From the UHGV virus genome UHGV-0208947: a stretch of 43,224 nt of DNA, one strand, 5' to 3'. Numbering within the stretch: position 1 is the stretch's first letter; every line of letters begins with the position of its first letter. A program made the position numbers and the translations under genes. The DNA comes from a virus. The notes below the pieces were generated by a model. That model searched no databases and was not told where the DNA came from. It was given only the letters and a program-made list of their open reading frames with translations. Positions 25,014 to 35,190 of this stretch are shown one piece after another.

Positions 25014-26246
25014 ATGAAATATTTTTTCAATACCCGGCTGGGGGAAACCCGTTATCAGCTGGCTGACGGCTCGCTGCTGTGCAAAGACGTGCCGATAGGT
25101 CGAACGGGTAAGCAGCTTTACGGCGCTGCCGATCTGCCAAACCTCAAACCCGACAAGCTCGGCGAGATAGTCGTAACGCGCTCTCCTGATCAGGTATTCC
25201 ATCCGGCCACGCTCGCCTCATTCGAAGGGATGAGCATCACGATCCTGCATCCTGAAGATGAAAACGGGAATGTGCGGCTGGTCAACCCCGAGAACTGGAA
25301 AGAGCTTGCGGTCGGGCATCTTCAGAACGTTCGGCGCGGGACTGGTGATCAGTCTGATTTGATGCTGGCTGACCTTATCGTCAAAGACGAAAGCGCCATT
25401 CAGCTGATCGAAGATGGTCTGCGCGAAGTGTCGTGCGGCTATGACGCTGAGTACGAGCAGACCGAACCCGGAAAAGCCGAGCAGGTCGATATTACCGGAA
25501 ACCATGTGGCTCTTGTCCCTAAAGGCAGAGCCGGAAATCGTTGTGCAATTGGAGACAGAGACACAATGGCAAATCAAAAGAAAAGCTGGTGGACCCGCAT
25601 GCGCACGGCCATCAAAACGGGTGATGCTGACACCATGAACGAACTGCTGGACTCTGCGCCAGCGGCGGTAACGGGCGATGAAGGGGATCTGCCGAGCGGC
25701 GTTAACCTCAACATTAATCTTTCACCGCAACAACCATTGCCGGACAAAAAGCCGGAAATGGGCGGAGAGCCAACCGGCGACGGCGAGGACGATATCAAAA
25801 CCTTGCTCAAAGCCCTGCTGGCTAAGCTGGAAGGTACTGCAACGGGCGATAACGACGATAAGCCTGACGGCAAAGATAACAAAGACCCTACCGGCGACGG
25901 TGAGGACGACGAAGAGGAAACCACGATTACCGGTGACGCTGCTTATCGTGCCGAAGTTATCGTTCCGGGTATCGATCTGAGCCGTAAGGTGAAACCGACC
26001 GCGTTCAAACGTGATGTGCTGTCCGCCGCTGACAAAACACTGGTTCGCCAGGTTGTCGGTGATGCAGATATCCGCAAATTGCCCAAGCAATCGGTCGATA
26101 TGGCGTTTAACGCCGTGTCTGAGATTGCCAAAGGGCGAAACACCCGCAGCACCACGGGCGATGCACAACGTCCAAATATGGGCATGACCAGCATCGCTTC
26201 CCTGAACAAACAAAACGCCGACTTCTGGTCTAACCGCAAAGGATAA
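25014..26246 (+). CDS. Prohead protease/scaffold protein (Mu gpI-like)
   Basis: 410-aa ORF after the MuF-like gene; highly acidic Asp/Gly/Glu-rich linker region (GDGEDD repeats) typical of scaffolding proteins. Confidence 0.55.
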   Translation: MKYFFNTRLGETRYQLADGSLLCKDVPIGRTGKQLYGAADLPNLKPDKLGEIVVTRSPDQVFHPATLASFEGMSITILHPEDENGNVRLVNPENWKELAVGHLQNVRRGTGDQSDLMLADLIVKDESAIQLIEDGLREVSCGYDAEYEQTEPGKAEQVDITGNHVALVPKGRAGNRCAIGDRDTMANQKKSWWTRMRTAIKTGDADTMNELLDSAPAAVTGDEGDLPSGVNLNINLSPQQPLPDKKPEMGGEPTGDGEDDIKTLLKALLAKLEGTATGDNDDKPDGKDNKDPTGDGEDDEEETTITGDAAYRAEVIVPGIDLSRKVKPTAFKRDVLSAADKTLVRQVVGDADIRKLPKQSVDMAFNAVSEIAKGRNTRSTTGDAQRPNMGMTSIASLNKQNADFWSNRKG

Positions 26247-26250
26247 TCCA

Positions 26251-26754
26251 ATGACTGCATATTTGTACCGGATGCCTGTTGGCATTGCCGGGGCTATCTC
26301 TCGCCCGCAGGATTTAACCGTCGAGCCGGTGATCCTTAAATCCGCTAACGCCTTCGCTGCCTATGGTCTGGCTGGCAAATACGACGCTGACGGCTTTTTT
26401 GTGCCGCTGGCGGACGGTGACACCTCCGACAAAGTGAAGGGGATTTACGTTCGTCCGTATCCGACCACATCACAGCCGGACATGGTTCGCCAGGTGGGGA
26501 CGGATAAGAACTTCCCGGGCGATGCAATGAAGCGCGGTTACATGACCGTTAACCTTGGTTCTGACTTTGATGCCAGCACCATCAAAAAAGGTGACCCGGT
26601 ATACGTTGTTGTCTCCACTGATGAATCTATTAAAGTGCCGCTGGGTGGTTTCTGCTCTTCAAGCGTGGAAGGGAAAACTGTCGTACTCGCGAATGCTGAA
26701 TTTACTGGTGCCGGTGACGCTAACGGTAATGCAGAAATCTCCTGGAAGATTTAA
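26251..26754 (+). CDS. Capsid-associated structural protein
   Basis: 167-aa ORF between the scaffold and major capsid genes. Confidence 0.45.
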   Translation: MTAYLYRMPVGIAGAISRPQDLTVEPVILKSANAFAAYGLAGKYDADGFFVPLADGDTSDKVKGIYVRPYPTTSQPDMVRQVGTDKNFPGDAMKRGYMTVNLGSDFDASTIKKGDPVYVVVSTDESIKVPLGGFCSSSVEGKTVVLANAEFTGAGDANGNAEISWKI

Positions 26755-26765
26755 GGAACAGACAA

Positions 26766-27707
26766 ATGATTACTTTTGATCAGGCAACCGTAGATAGCTC
26801 CGGTGCCTTTCTCATCGGGGAGCTGGAGCGACTCGACCAGACGCTGAACCTGCCTCTGGTGGGGTACACCTGGACCCGAGATATTCAACTGCGTGAAGAC
26901 GTGTCTATCGCAGATGACATTTCCAGCTGGACGAATACCAGCTTCGCCGCTGCGGGTACTGGTGCAAATCCGAATGGTAAAAACTGGGTAGGCAAAGACT
27001 CCACCGCTATTGCTGGCGTGAACGTGGATATCAGCAAAGACGGCAATCCACTGAACCTCTGGGGTATGGAACTGGGCTGGACCGTTGTAGAGCTGGCAGC
27101 TGCTCAGCAGGTAGGCCGCCCGATTGATACCCAGAAGTACGACGGGATGCAGCTCAAATGGCAGATGGACAACGACGAGCAGGTTTACATCGGTGATGAC
27201 GCACTCGGCCTGAAAGGTCTGGCAAACCTCGTCGGTGTGACGCTGAACAACGCGCCGAAGACCTGGGCGAACTCAACCAACGACGAGATCCTCGATAGCG
27301 TGAACAGCATTCTGTCTAATGCCTGGGCAGCATCCGGTTATTCCATCGTGCCTTCTGATCTGCGCATTCCGCCAGAGCAGTATTCACTGCTGGCGAGCCG
27401 TAAGGTTTCCGAAGCGGGTAACCAGTCACTGCTGACCTATCTGGCTGTGAACACTATCGCTTTCCACCAGAACGGCGTTCCGCTTGAAATCAAAGCGGTC
27501 AAATGGCTGAAAGGGCGTGGGGTTGGCGGTAAAGACCGTATGATCGCCTACACCAACGACAAGAAATACGTGCGCTATCCGCTGGTGCCGTTGCAGAGCG
27601 TTCCTGTCCAGTATCGCGGTCTGTATCAGATTGCGACCTACTACGGCAAGCTCGGTGCGGTTGAGCCAGTGTACAAAGAAACCCTGTCCTACGTGGACGG
27701 TATCTGA
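26766..27707 (+). CDS. Major capsid protein (Mu gpT-like)
   Basis: 313-aa ORF with strong RBS context in the expected position after protease/scaffold. Confidence 0.65.
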   Translation: MITFDQATVDSSGAFLIGELERLDQTLNLPLVGYTWTRDIQLREDVSIADDISSWTNTSFAAAGTGANPNGKNWVGKDSTAIAGVNVDISKDGNPLNLWGMELGWTVVELAAAQQVGRPIDTQKYDGMQLKWQMDNDEQVYIGDDALGLKGLANLVGVTLNNAPKTWANSTNDEILDSVNSILSNAWAASGYSIVPSDLRIPPEQYSLLASRKVSEAGNQSLLTYLAVNTIAFHQNGVPLEIKAVKWLKGRGVGGKDRMIAYTNDKKYVRYPLVPLQSVPVQYRGLYQIATYYGKLGAVEPVYKETLSYVDGI

Positions 27708-27748
27708 TAACCAGAACGGCCCCGAAAGGGGCCAGAAGGGAACTGAAA

Positions 27749-28138
27749 ATGGCGAAAGAAAAGCTGGTTACCATCCATGTTCACACCCCGTTTACGCTGA
27801 CGCTCGGCGATCAGTCAAAAAGGGAGTTTGGCCGGGGACGGCATAACGTACCGGAAGAGGTCGCGTCGCACTGGTTCACCCAGGCGCACTCCGAGCTTTC
27901 CGAAAGCGTGATTAGCGACACCGATGATCTGCAACCCATTATCGACAGCCTGCAAGCTCAGATTGCCGACAAAGATAAGCAGATTATCGATAAAGATCAG
28001 TTGATTGCCGATCTGCGAGAAGCGCTGCTTAAGCTGCAAGAGCAGAACGACAGCCTGCAAGCGCAGATTGCTGCCGCCCAGACTGGCGGTAATGGGGCGA
28101 AAGATGCCAAAGAATCAAAGCCTGCCAACAGTAAGTGA
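27749..28138 (+). CDS. Hypothetical structural protein with coiled-coil C-terminus
   Basis: 129 aa; heptad-like ...[44 protein letters not shown]. Confidence 0.45.
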   Translation: MAKEKLVTIHVHTPFTLTLGDQSKREFGRGRHNVPEEVASHWFTQAHSELSESVISDTDDLQPIIDSLQAQIADKDKQIIDKDQLIADLREALLKLQEQNDSLQAQIAAAQTGGNGAKDAKESKPANSK

Positions 28139-28511
28139 TTTTCGGCGCGACTTTCCACAGTTTGCTGACCCTGCCAAATATCCCGAAGCACAAATCCAGT
28201 TTCGTCTGAATCTGGCTGATGTGCTGCTGAGCGAAAACGTCACCGGCAAAGAGTTGTTTCCGTACTTTGTCGAGTTGTTCGTGGCTCACTACATGACGCT
28301 CTGGGCGGCAGATAGCCGGGCAATGCTCGTCGGCGGCCCGGGTGGCTCAACCAATGGTGTTCAGTCCTCCAAGTCCGTTGACAAGGTAAGCGTCAGCTAT
28401 GACACCAGCGCGACGCTAAACCCTGACGCAGGCTTCTGGAATAACACCCGATATGGCGCTGAATTTTATCAGCTGATCACGATGTTCGGTGCGGGCGGTC
28501 GCCAGCTATGA
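28104..28511 (+). CDS. Head-tail connector/head completion protein (candidate)
   Basis: ATG at 28104 ([10 protein letters not shown]...) in frame with track ORF 28005-28511; position after the capsid gene. Confidence 0.45.
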   Translation: MPKNQSLPTVSDFRRDFPQFADPAKYPEAQIQFRLNLADVLLSENVTGKELFPYFVELFVAHYMTLWAADSRAMLVGGPGGSTNGVQSSKSVDKVSVSYDTSATLNPDAGFWNNTRYGAEFYQLITMFGAGGRQL

Positions 28512-29062
28512 GTTTCAAAAGTGGTGTAACAACGAGGGTTGATAACGCTCAGGCCATTCTGGATGCGCTCCGGTCGCTAACCAAAAAGGATGTGCTGGTG
28601 GGCATCCCGGAAGAAGACAGCGAGCGTGAGGATGTTCCGTTTGGTAATGCCGGGATCGGTTACGTCAACGAATACGGCTCACCAGCGCAAAACATACCCC
28701 CACGCCCGCACCTGATCCCCGGCGTTAAATCCGTAGAGGAACAGACGGTGCCGCAGCTCAAAGCAGCGGCGCAGGCTGCGCTTGATGGAAATGCGGCGGG
28801 TGCGGAAAGAGCGCTTAACCGCGCCGGAACGCTGGCCGCGAATGGCGTCAGGCGTTACATGACCATTACCGGCTTTACACCGCTTGCTGATAGCACCGTT
28901 GAAGCACGCGCACGCCGTGGGCGCAAAGGGGCAAAAGAGGAACTTGCGCGGCGCGCTGCTGGTGAGTCTCCTGGAACCGATCTGGTGAAACCGCTAATCG
29001 ACACCGGGCAATATCGCAGAGCTATTACCCATATTGTGAGGGATAAAGATGCCGACTCTTGA
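28508..29062 (+). CDS. Hypothetical virion protein
   Basis: 184-aa ORF translationally coupled (ATGA overlap) in the head-tail joining region. Confidence 0.45.
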   Translation: MSFKSGVTTRVDNAQAILDALRSLTKKDVLVGIPEEDSEREDVPFGNAGIGYVNEYGSPAQNIPPRPHLIPGVKSVEEQTVPQLKAAAQAALDGNAAGAERALNRAGTLAANGVRRYMTITGFTPLADSTVEARARRGRKGAKEELARRAAGESPGTDLVKPLIDTGQYRRAITHIVRDKDADS

Positions 29063-29438
29063 TGTAACAGACGTGCTTTTTGACCCCGATTTTTGCGACT
29101 TCAACCTGTGGGTAACGCGTCGCGCGCAAACGGTGGACGATGACGGGATCGGCAGCGACAGCGAAGTTAAAACGCAGTTTGCCGGGGTTGTTACTGTTGA
29201 CCGCTCCCTGGAAAACCGCCGCATGCAGGCCGGGCAGGTTATCAGCGGCGCGATTCTCATCGTGACAACTGAGCGGCTGACGCAGGGGCAGACTGGCCGT
29301 GATGCCGATATCGTGACGTATCAGAACCGTGATTATCGCGTGACATTCGTCGACCCGTATACGGCTTACGGTGCTGGCTTCGTCCAGGCTCATTGTGAAT
29401 TACTGCCGTTTGATGGGGGAACTCCCATTGAGCAATAA
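29049..29438 (+). CDS. Hypothetical virion protein
   Basis: 129-aa ORF in the structural operon. Confidence 0.45.
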   Translation: MPTLDVTDVLFDPDFCDFNLWVTRRAQTVDDDGIGSDSEVKTQFAGVVTVDRSLENRRMQAGQVISGAILIVTTERLTQGQTGRDADIVTYQNRDYRVTFVDPYTAYGAGFVQAHCELLPFDGGTPIEQ

Positions 29439-29976
29439 CACCAGCACAGAGCGCGGCTGGCTGACACCCACCAGCGGCGATCCGGCTTATGACGAAGCGC
29501 TCGACAGGCTGCTAAGCCAGTGGATGCGCAATGTTTCCGGCTTGCCGTCTGGAATGGTTCGTCCGCGCTGGCAGAAAAATCAGCCGCCACTGCCACCCGT
29601 TGAAACGAACTGGTGCGCGTTTGGCGTTACCGGGTTGCTCATTGATAACAACCCTGCATTCACCGGGCAGACTGAAGAGGGCGCTCAGCTCTGGAGGCAT
29701 GAAACGTTCGAGTGCATGGCGTCGTTCTATGGTCCGGCTGGTATGTCTTATGCGTCCCGTTTTCGCGATGGTATATCTGTCCCGCAAAACAATGCTGAGC
29801 TGAACGCGCTTGGTTTATCCCTTGGCGACTATACCGCTCTGACCCCTTTCCCCGAACTTATCAACCAGCAATGGGTTCGCCGTTACGACATGACGGTGCG
29901 ACTGCGCCGGAAGGTTGTCCGCGAGTATGGCATCAAATCGCTGGTGGAAGTGCCAGTCACCTTTTTTGGAGAATAA
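29413..29976 (+). CDS. Hypothetical virion protein
   Basis: In-frame ATG at 29413 (MGELPLSNN...) within track ORF 29371-29976; start uncertain. Confidence 0.4.
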   Translation: MGELPLSNNTSTERGWLTPTSGDPAYDEALDRLLSQWMRNVSGLPSGMVRPRWQKNQPPLPPVETNWCAFGVTGLLIDNNPAFTGQTEEGAQLWRHETFECMASFYGPAGMSYASRFRDGISVPQNNAELNALGLSLGDYTALTPFPELINQQWVRRYDMTVRLRRKVVREYGIKSLVEVPVTFFGE

Positions 29977-29979
29977 ACT

Positions 29980-31140
29980 ATGACGCAGGGCTTACCTGTA
30001 TCCAACGTTGTAAACGTTGATGTGATCATCTCGCCGAAAGCGGCTACTGGTCGTAACTTCGGCGCATTGCTAATCCTTGGCTCTTCCACTGTCATTCCGG
30101 TGACAGAACGTACTCGCCTATATGCTTCCATTGAGGACATTGGCGAAGACTTCGGTGTCGACAGCCCGGAATATAAAGCAGCGCAGGTTTTCTTCAGCCA
30201 GTCACCGAAGCCGACACAGGTTTATGTTGGTCGCTGGGCGAAGACGCTGAGTTCTTCCGAGAGTGGAGATACTGAAACTATCGTGCAAGCCGTTAATGCC
30301 TGCCTGCAATATACCAACTGGTATGGGCTGGTTGTCGCTGATGATGTTGTCGCTGGTGGCGATGTGCTTGATGCTGATGACGTGATTGAGGTCGCCAAAC
30401 TTATTGAAGCGTCCAGCCTTAGCCGTATCTTTGGTGTGACCTCTGCCGACGCCGAGATTATCAGCACGACTTCGACGACCGATGTTGCGTCGAAATTAAA
30501 GGCTGGCAAGTATGCCCGTACCTTTATTCAGTATTCCACCAGCAGCCCTTACGCAGCGGTTTCTGCTTTCGGTCGTGCGTTTACTGTCAATTTCAACGGC
30601 AGCAATACCACCATTACCCTGAAGTTCAAACAGGAACCAAGCGTAACCTACGAAACGTTGACGGTAGGCCAGGCGGCTGCGGTGGATACGAAGAATGCGA
30701 ACGTGTTCGTGTACTACGCCAACGACACGGCGATCCTGCAACAGGGTGTCATGGCGAACGGTGACTTCTTCGACGAGCGCCACGGGCTCGACTGGTTGCA
30801 GAACTACGTTCAGACCAACCTCTATAACCTGCTTTACACCAGCACCACCAAAATTCCGCAGACTGATGCCGGTGTTACCCGTCTGCTTTCCAACGTTGAA
30901 CAGTCCATGGATCAGTCCGTCACGAACGGTCTGGTAGCTGCTGGCGTGTGGAATGGTGGCCCTATCGGACAGCTGAATTCCGGCGATACGCTGACCAAAG
31001 GCTATTACGTGTATGCGCAACCGCTGTCCGAACAGGCGCAGGCCGACCGCGAAGCGCGCAAAGCACCGTTAATCCAGGTGGCCTGTAAGCTGGCTGGCGC
31101 AGTTCATTATGCCGATGTGCAGATCAACGTGGTTCGCTAA
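29980..31140 (+). CDS. Contractile tail sheath protein (Mu gpL-like)
   Basis: 386-aa ORF followed by a tube-sized gene, a chaperone and the tape measure gene; canonical myovirus order. Confidence 0.65.
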   Translation: MTQGLPVSNVVNVDVIISPKAATGRNFGALLILGSSTVIPVTERTRLYASIEDIGEDFGVDSPEYKAAQVFFSQSPKPTQVYVGRWAKTLSSSESGDTETIVQAVNACLQYTNWYGLVVADDVVAGGDVLDADDVIEVAKLIEASSLSRIFGVTSADAEIISTTSTTDVASKLKAGKYARTFIQYSTSSPYAAVSAFGRAFTVNFNGSNTTITLKFKQEPSVTYETLTVGQAAAVDTKNANVFVYYANDTAILQQGVMANGDFFDERHGLDWLQNYVQTNLYNLLYTSTTKIPQTDAGVTRLLSNVEQSMDQSVTNGLVAAGVWNGGPIGQLNSGDTLTKGYYVYAQPLSEQAQADREARKAPLIQVACKLAGAVHYADVQINVVR

Positions 31141-31150
31141 GGAGCGATAA

Positions 31151-31591
31151 ATGGCAACTTATTCTTTTCTCGATGTAACCGCGTCGCTCACCGGGCCGAC
31201 CGGCGTTATCGATCTTGGTCAGGGTTCTGCGAACTCTGAGGAAGGTATCACCCAGACCATGGGCGGCAACAAAAACACCATGACCATCGGTGCCGATGGC
31301 GAGGTGATGCACAGCCTGCACGCCGATAAGTCAGGCACCATTACGGTGACGCTACTCAAAACCTCCCCGGTGAATAAAAAGCTGTCTCTGGCGTATAACG
31401 CGCAAAGCCAGTCCTCTGCCACCTGGGGCAATAACGTGATCGTCATTCGCAACACGGCATCGGGTGATATTTCTACTGCGCGTTCGTGTGCATTCCAGAA
31501 ACAGCCTGATTTCAATAACGCTAAAGAGGGCGGAACCGTCGCCTGGGTATTCGACTGCGGCAAGATTGACCAGCTTCTCGGGGAGTTTTAA
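31151..31591 (+). CDS. Tail tube protein
   Basis: 146-aa ORF between sheath and chaperone genes. Confidence 0.6.
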   Translation: MATYSFLDVTASLTGPTGVIDLGQGSANSEEGITQTMGGNKNTMTIGADGEVMHSLHADKSGTITVTLLKTSPVNKKLSLAYNAQSQSSATWGNNVIVIRNTASGDISTARSCAFQKQPDFNNAKEGGTVAWVFDCGKIDQLLGEF

Positions 31592-31594
31592 CGC

Positions 31595-32020
31595 ATGGAA
31601 TTCGAAATTAAAGGCGTGAAATATCGCACCGCAAAGCTCAGCGTTTTCGAACAGCTGAAGGTGTCCCGCAAGCTGTTGCCGGTTCTGGCCGGGATGGTTT
31701 CGGACTTCCGGAGCGTTCAGGAGAAGATCAGCAGCAAAGACACCGAAGGCGCGATGGCTACCATCCTGCCAAAGATTGCCAATGCTGTGTCCGATCTGAG
31801 TGATGGCGACGTGGACGCTATCCTGTTCCCCTGTCTTTCCGTTGTTTCACGCGAGCACATGAAAGGCTGGGTGCCGGTCTGCCAGCATGGCGAAATGGCG
31901 TTTGACGATATCGACCTGCTTACCATGCTGCAACTGGTGGCGCGGGTGGTCGCCGACTCGCTGGGAAATTTTTTGCAAGGACTCCCTACCAGCGAGACGC
32001 CCACCCCGCTAGCGGAATAA
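31595..32020 (+). CDS. Tail assembly chaperone; a -1 frameshift extension (to 32209) is predicted
   Basis: 141-aa ORF just upstream of the tape measure gene; slippery heptamer A-AAT-TTT at 31966-31972 with a start-less -1 frame open from 31960 to a stop at 32207-32209. Confidence 0.55.
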   Translation: MEFEIKGVKYRTAKLSVFEQLKVSRKLLPVLAGMVSDFRSVQEKISSKDTEGAMATILPKIANAVSDLSDGDVDAILFPCLSVVSREHMKGWVPVCQHGEMAFDDIDLLTMLQLVARVVADSLGNFLQGLPTSETPTPLAE

Positions 32021-32197
32021 CCTTCAACAGCCTGCCGGGCGGTGAAGATTTTATTCTTCGCCCGGCGCTTGCCTTCCATATTGACCAGAAAGACCTTAAC
32101 AGCGGTGCGGTAGACCTTTGCCGCATCGCGCTTCTCAATGACTACCTCGACATGCGCGAGGATAACGACGCCCGGGTAGATAAATGGAGAGCGGCCA

Positions 32198-34279
32198 ATG
32201 AGCGGTAACGCAGATACGATTAAAGATTTCCTTGTTTCGCTGGGATTCGATATCGATCAGGCTGGCGCTAATAAGTTTGAAGCAGTGCTGAAAGGCGTTA
32301 CCGCGAACGTTCTGAAGGTCGGCGCGGTGGTGGAAGGAGCAGCGCTGAGCATTGTCGGATTTACCACCCAGATCGCGAATGGTCTGGATAAAATTTACTG
32401 GGCATCCCAGCGGACGGGGGCCAGCGTCCAGGGCATCAAAGCGCTGGGCTATGCCGCATCGCAAACTGGCGCCAGCGCTGAGTCGGCCATGTCCTCCCTC
32501 GAAGGGTTGGCTGGCTTCATGCGTAGCAATCCGGGGGCGGAAGGGTTCCTGAACCGTCTTGGTGTCCAGACCCGCGATGCCAGCGGAAAGATGCGTGATA
32601 CTGCTGCCATCTTTACTGGCGTTGGGCAAAAGCTCAACAACATGCCGTATTACCGCGCGAAGCAATACGCGCAGATGCTCGGCATCGATGAAAACACGCT
32701 GATGGCGATGCGGCGCGGCATGAATGGCTTTACCGCCGATTACCAGTCTATGCTGCAAAAGACGGGGTTCAACGCTGATAAGGCAGCCGTTCAGTCCAAC
32801 AAATTCATGACGTCCATGCGCGGGCTTACGTCGCTGTTTGGCATTATGCGGGACAAGATCGGCTCAAATCTCGCTGGTGGCTTGGCTGGTTCGCTGGACA
32901 GCCTGCGGCGGCGCATCCTCGACAACTTCCCGAAGATTGAAGAGACTCTGACCAAAGTTATTAAGGGCGTGATCTGGCTTGCAAACGCCTTCACACGAAT
33001 GGCGTGGCGGCTTATACAGGGCGCTGGCTCTGTCATTGACTGGTGGAAGCGTCTTGATGATGGCAGTAAAAATCTGCTGAAAATATTCGGTGCTCTACTG
33101 GTCGCATGGCGTCTGCTTAATTCTGCGTTCCTGAAATCCCCGATTGGAATTATCACCACACTGATTCTGGCGATCGGATTGCTGTACGACGATTACCAGA
33201 CGTGGAAAGAGGGCGGTAAAAGCCTGATTGACTGGTCCAAATGGCAGCCAGAAATTGAGCAAGCAAAGAAGGTGTTCAAGTGGCTGCGCGATAAGTTTCT
33301 GGAGCTCAAGGACAACCTCGGCGGCTGGAAAAATACGCTCACCATCCTGTTTGGCTTTCTGGCTGGTGCGAAGCTGGTCTCCATGCTCACTGGCATCGGG
33401 CGACTTGTCGCCGGATTTATGGGGCTTGGTAAGGCAATTGGCGGCTCTATTGGTGGGCTGGGTAAGCTGGCGCAGGGGATCGCACAGCTGGCAATCAAGA
33501 ATCCATGGTTGCTTATGTTCATTCCTGCCAACAATACGCCGACCACCAGTGAAGAAATGGCGTCGATTGGCGGTATAGGCAGCAATATCGTACCTGAAAG
33601 GCAGCAGGCATATGAGGCGCTGAGAAAGGAAAATCCCGGCAAAGACTTTTTCACTGATGAGCAAATCCAGCGAAAAATTCAGGAGATGGGACTGGAGCCG
33701 GAGCTGCGAGCGCAGTCGGTTAAGCGACCTCAGGCGACGGCCCAGGGCAAGGTATTGCTCGACTGGATGGGGCCAATGTTCAATAAACTGGAGTCGCTTT
33801 ATCAGCTGCCAGCTGGCCTGTTGAAAAGCGTGGCGATCACCGAGTCGGGTGGTAACCAGTTCGCCATATCCGGCGCAGGCGCGAAAGGACTGTTTCAGTT
33901 TATGGATGGCACGGCGCGCGACATGGGCCTGCGTGGGAATGATGTATTCGACCCGGAAAAGTCAGCTCAGGCAGCCGCTAAGTACCTCAGCCAGCTGTTG
34001 CGGCAGAACGGCGGAGACCTTAGCAAAGCACTGGCATCATATAACTGGGGGATCGGGAATGTTAAGCGTTATGGAATGGGGCTAATGCCGCAGGAAACGC
34101 GCAACTACATTCCGAAAGTAATGAGCAATATGCCCACCAGCGCCCCGGTGATTCAGCAGGAAACGAATATTAACATCCACGGCGTTTTCGATCCGCGCGA
34201 GGCTGCCCGTTTGACTGTTGACCGTCAAAAGGGCGTGAATTCACAGTTAACCCAGCAACTCCCCGCAGGACCGAGATAA
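32198..34279 (+). CDS. Tail tape measure protein with C-terminal lytic transglycosylase (SLT) domain
   Basis: 693 aa, long helical central region; C-terminal ...SVAITESGGNQFAISGAGAKGLFQFMDGTARDMG...ASYNWGIGNV matches the SLT catalytic region (ES motif). Confidence 0.75.
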   Translation: MSGNADTIKDFLVSLGFDIDQAGANKFEAVLKGVTANVLKVGAVVEGAALSIVGFTTQIANGLDKIYWASQRTGASVQGIKALGYAASQTGASAESAMSSLEGLAGFMRSNPGAEGFLNRLGVQTRDASGKMRDTAAIFTGVGQKLNNMPYYRAKQYAQMLGIDENTLMAMRRGMNGFTADYQSMLQKTGFNADKAAVQSNKFMTSMRGLTSLFGIMRDKIGSNLAGGLAGSLDSLRRRILDNFPKIEETLTKVIKGVIWLANAFTRMAWRLIQGAGSVIDWWKRLDDGSKNLLKIFGALLVAWRLLNSAFLKSPIGIITTLILAIGLLYDDYQTWKEGGKSLIDWSKWQPEIEQAKKVFKWLRDKFLELKDNLGGWKNTLTILFGFLAGAKLVSMLTGIGRLVAGFMGLGKAIGGSIGGLGKLAQGIAQLAIKNPWLLMFIPANNTPTTSEEMASIGGIGSNIVPERQQAYEALRKENPGKDFFTDEQIQRKIQEMGLEPELRAQSVKRPQATAQGKVLLDWMGPMFNKLESLYQLPAGLLKSVAITESGGNQFAISGAGAKGLFQFMDGTARDMGLRGNDVFDPEKSAQAAAKYLSQLLRQNGGDLSKALASYNWGIGNVKRYGMGLMPQETRNYIPKVMSNMPTSAPVIQQETNINIHGVFDPREAARLTVDRQKGVNSQLTQQLPAGPR

Positions 34280-34881
34280 TGGATATTTTATCAGCGATTT
34301 TTCGCCAGCAATCCCGGCGAATTGGAATATTAATCCCCAGCGTGGTTGTTTCTGAAAAGCATTCTGATGCGCTAGAAATTACTGAGCACCCGGTGGAGAA
34401 GCCAACAACGAATAGCGCGTCGGGTTTCATCGCCGATCATGCGTATAAGCGCCCCAGCGAAGTCACGATGGAATGCGGCTTCGCAGGTGGCGGTTCGTTG
34501 CTGGACTTCATTGATACATCGTCAATCGGCCTCAGCGCCGGACTTAGCCCGAAAGAGACCTATCAGCAACTACTGGATCTCCAGTCCTCTCGGGTGCCGT
34601 TCGATGTAGTGACCGGAAAGCGGGTTTACAGCAATATGCTGGTGCGAGCCATCGAGGTGACAACGGATAAAACCAGCGAGAACGTGCTGAACTGCACGCT
34701 TACCCTGCGTGAAGTGATCATGTCGCAGACGCAGAGCGTTAGCGTTGCAGATAAATCAGATATGCAGGATGGCGTCAGCACATCGGCGGTGCAGAATTCC
34801 GGGATGAAATCCACTACACCGCCAAACGAATCCTTGCTGAGCCAGCTGGGCGGAAGCGTTACATCAGCATTCGGGGGATGA
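34279..34881 (+). CDS. Tail/baseplate protein
   Basis: 200-aa ORF coupled (ATGG overlap) to the tape measure gene. Confidence 0.45.
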   Translation: MDILSAIFRQQSRRIGILIPSVVVSEKHSDALEITEHPVEKPTTNSASGFIADHAYKRPSEVTMECGFAGGGSLLDFIDTSSIGLSAGLSPKETYQQLLDLQSSRVPFDVVTGKRVYSNMLVRAIEVTTDKTSENVLNCTLTLREVIMSQTQSVSVADKSDMQDGVSTSAVQNSGMKSTTPPNESLLSQLGGSVTSAFGG

Positions 34882-34882
34882 T

Positions 34883-35188
34883 ATGCAGTTTAACGAAATA
34901 CCGCTTTCTCCTGACAATCAGCAGTTCCGCGTTTTGCTGGGCAATACCACGTATACACTCAGGATCATCTGGCGTGATGCGGCTGGCTGGATTATGGACG
35001 TGATGGATAGCGGCGGTGCCGCGCTTCTCTCTGGCGTACCTCTACTGACCGGCGTAAACCTTTTACGACAATATCCACAGCTTGGCATTGATGGCGCGCT
35101 GGTGGTGGCGACCGATAAGGGCGCACCAGACGAGCCCACCAAAACCAACCTCGGCACATACAGCCACCTCATTTTCGTACAGGAGTAG
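34883..35188 (+). CDS. Tail/baseplate protein
   Basis: 101-aa ORF in the tail operon. Confidence 0.45.
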   Translation: MQFNEIPLSPDNQQFRVLLGNTTYTLRIIWRDAAGWIMDVMDSGGAALLSGVPLLTGVNLLRQYPQLGIDGALVVATDKGAPDEPTKTNLGTYSHLIFVQE

Positions 35189-35190
35189 AA

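Noticed and set aside
25218-26285. Minus-strand ORFs antisense to the protease/scaffold gene, including Ser/Pro-rich 25574-25924
   Set aside because: Mirror images of the acidic repetitive scaffold-coding sequence; no support as genes.
32135-33664. Minus-strand ORFs antisense to the tape measure gene (32135-32758, 32791-33159, 33095-33664, 33193-33654)
   Set aside because: Embedded in a long coherent plus-strand ORF with an SLT domain; frame artefacts.
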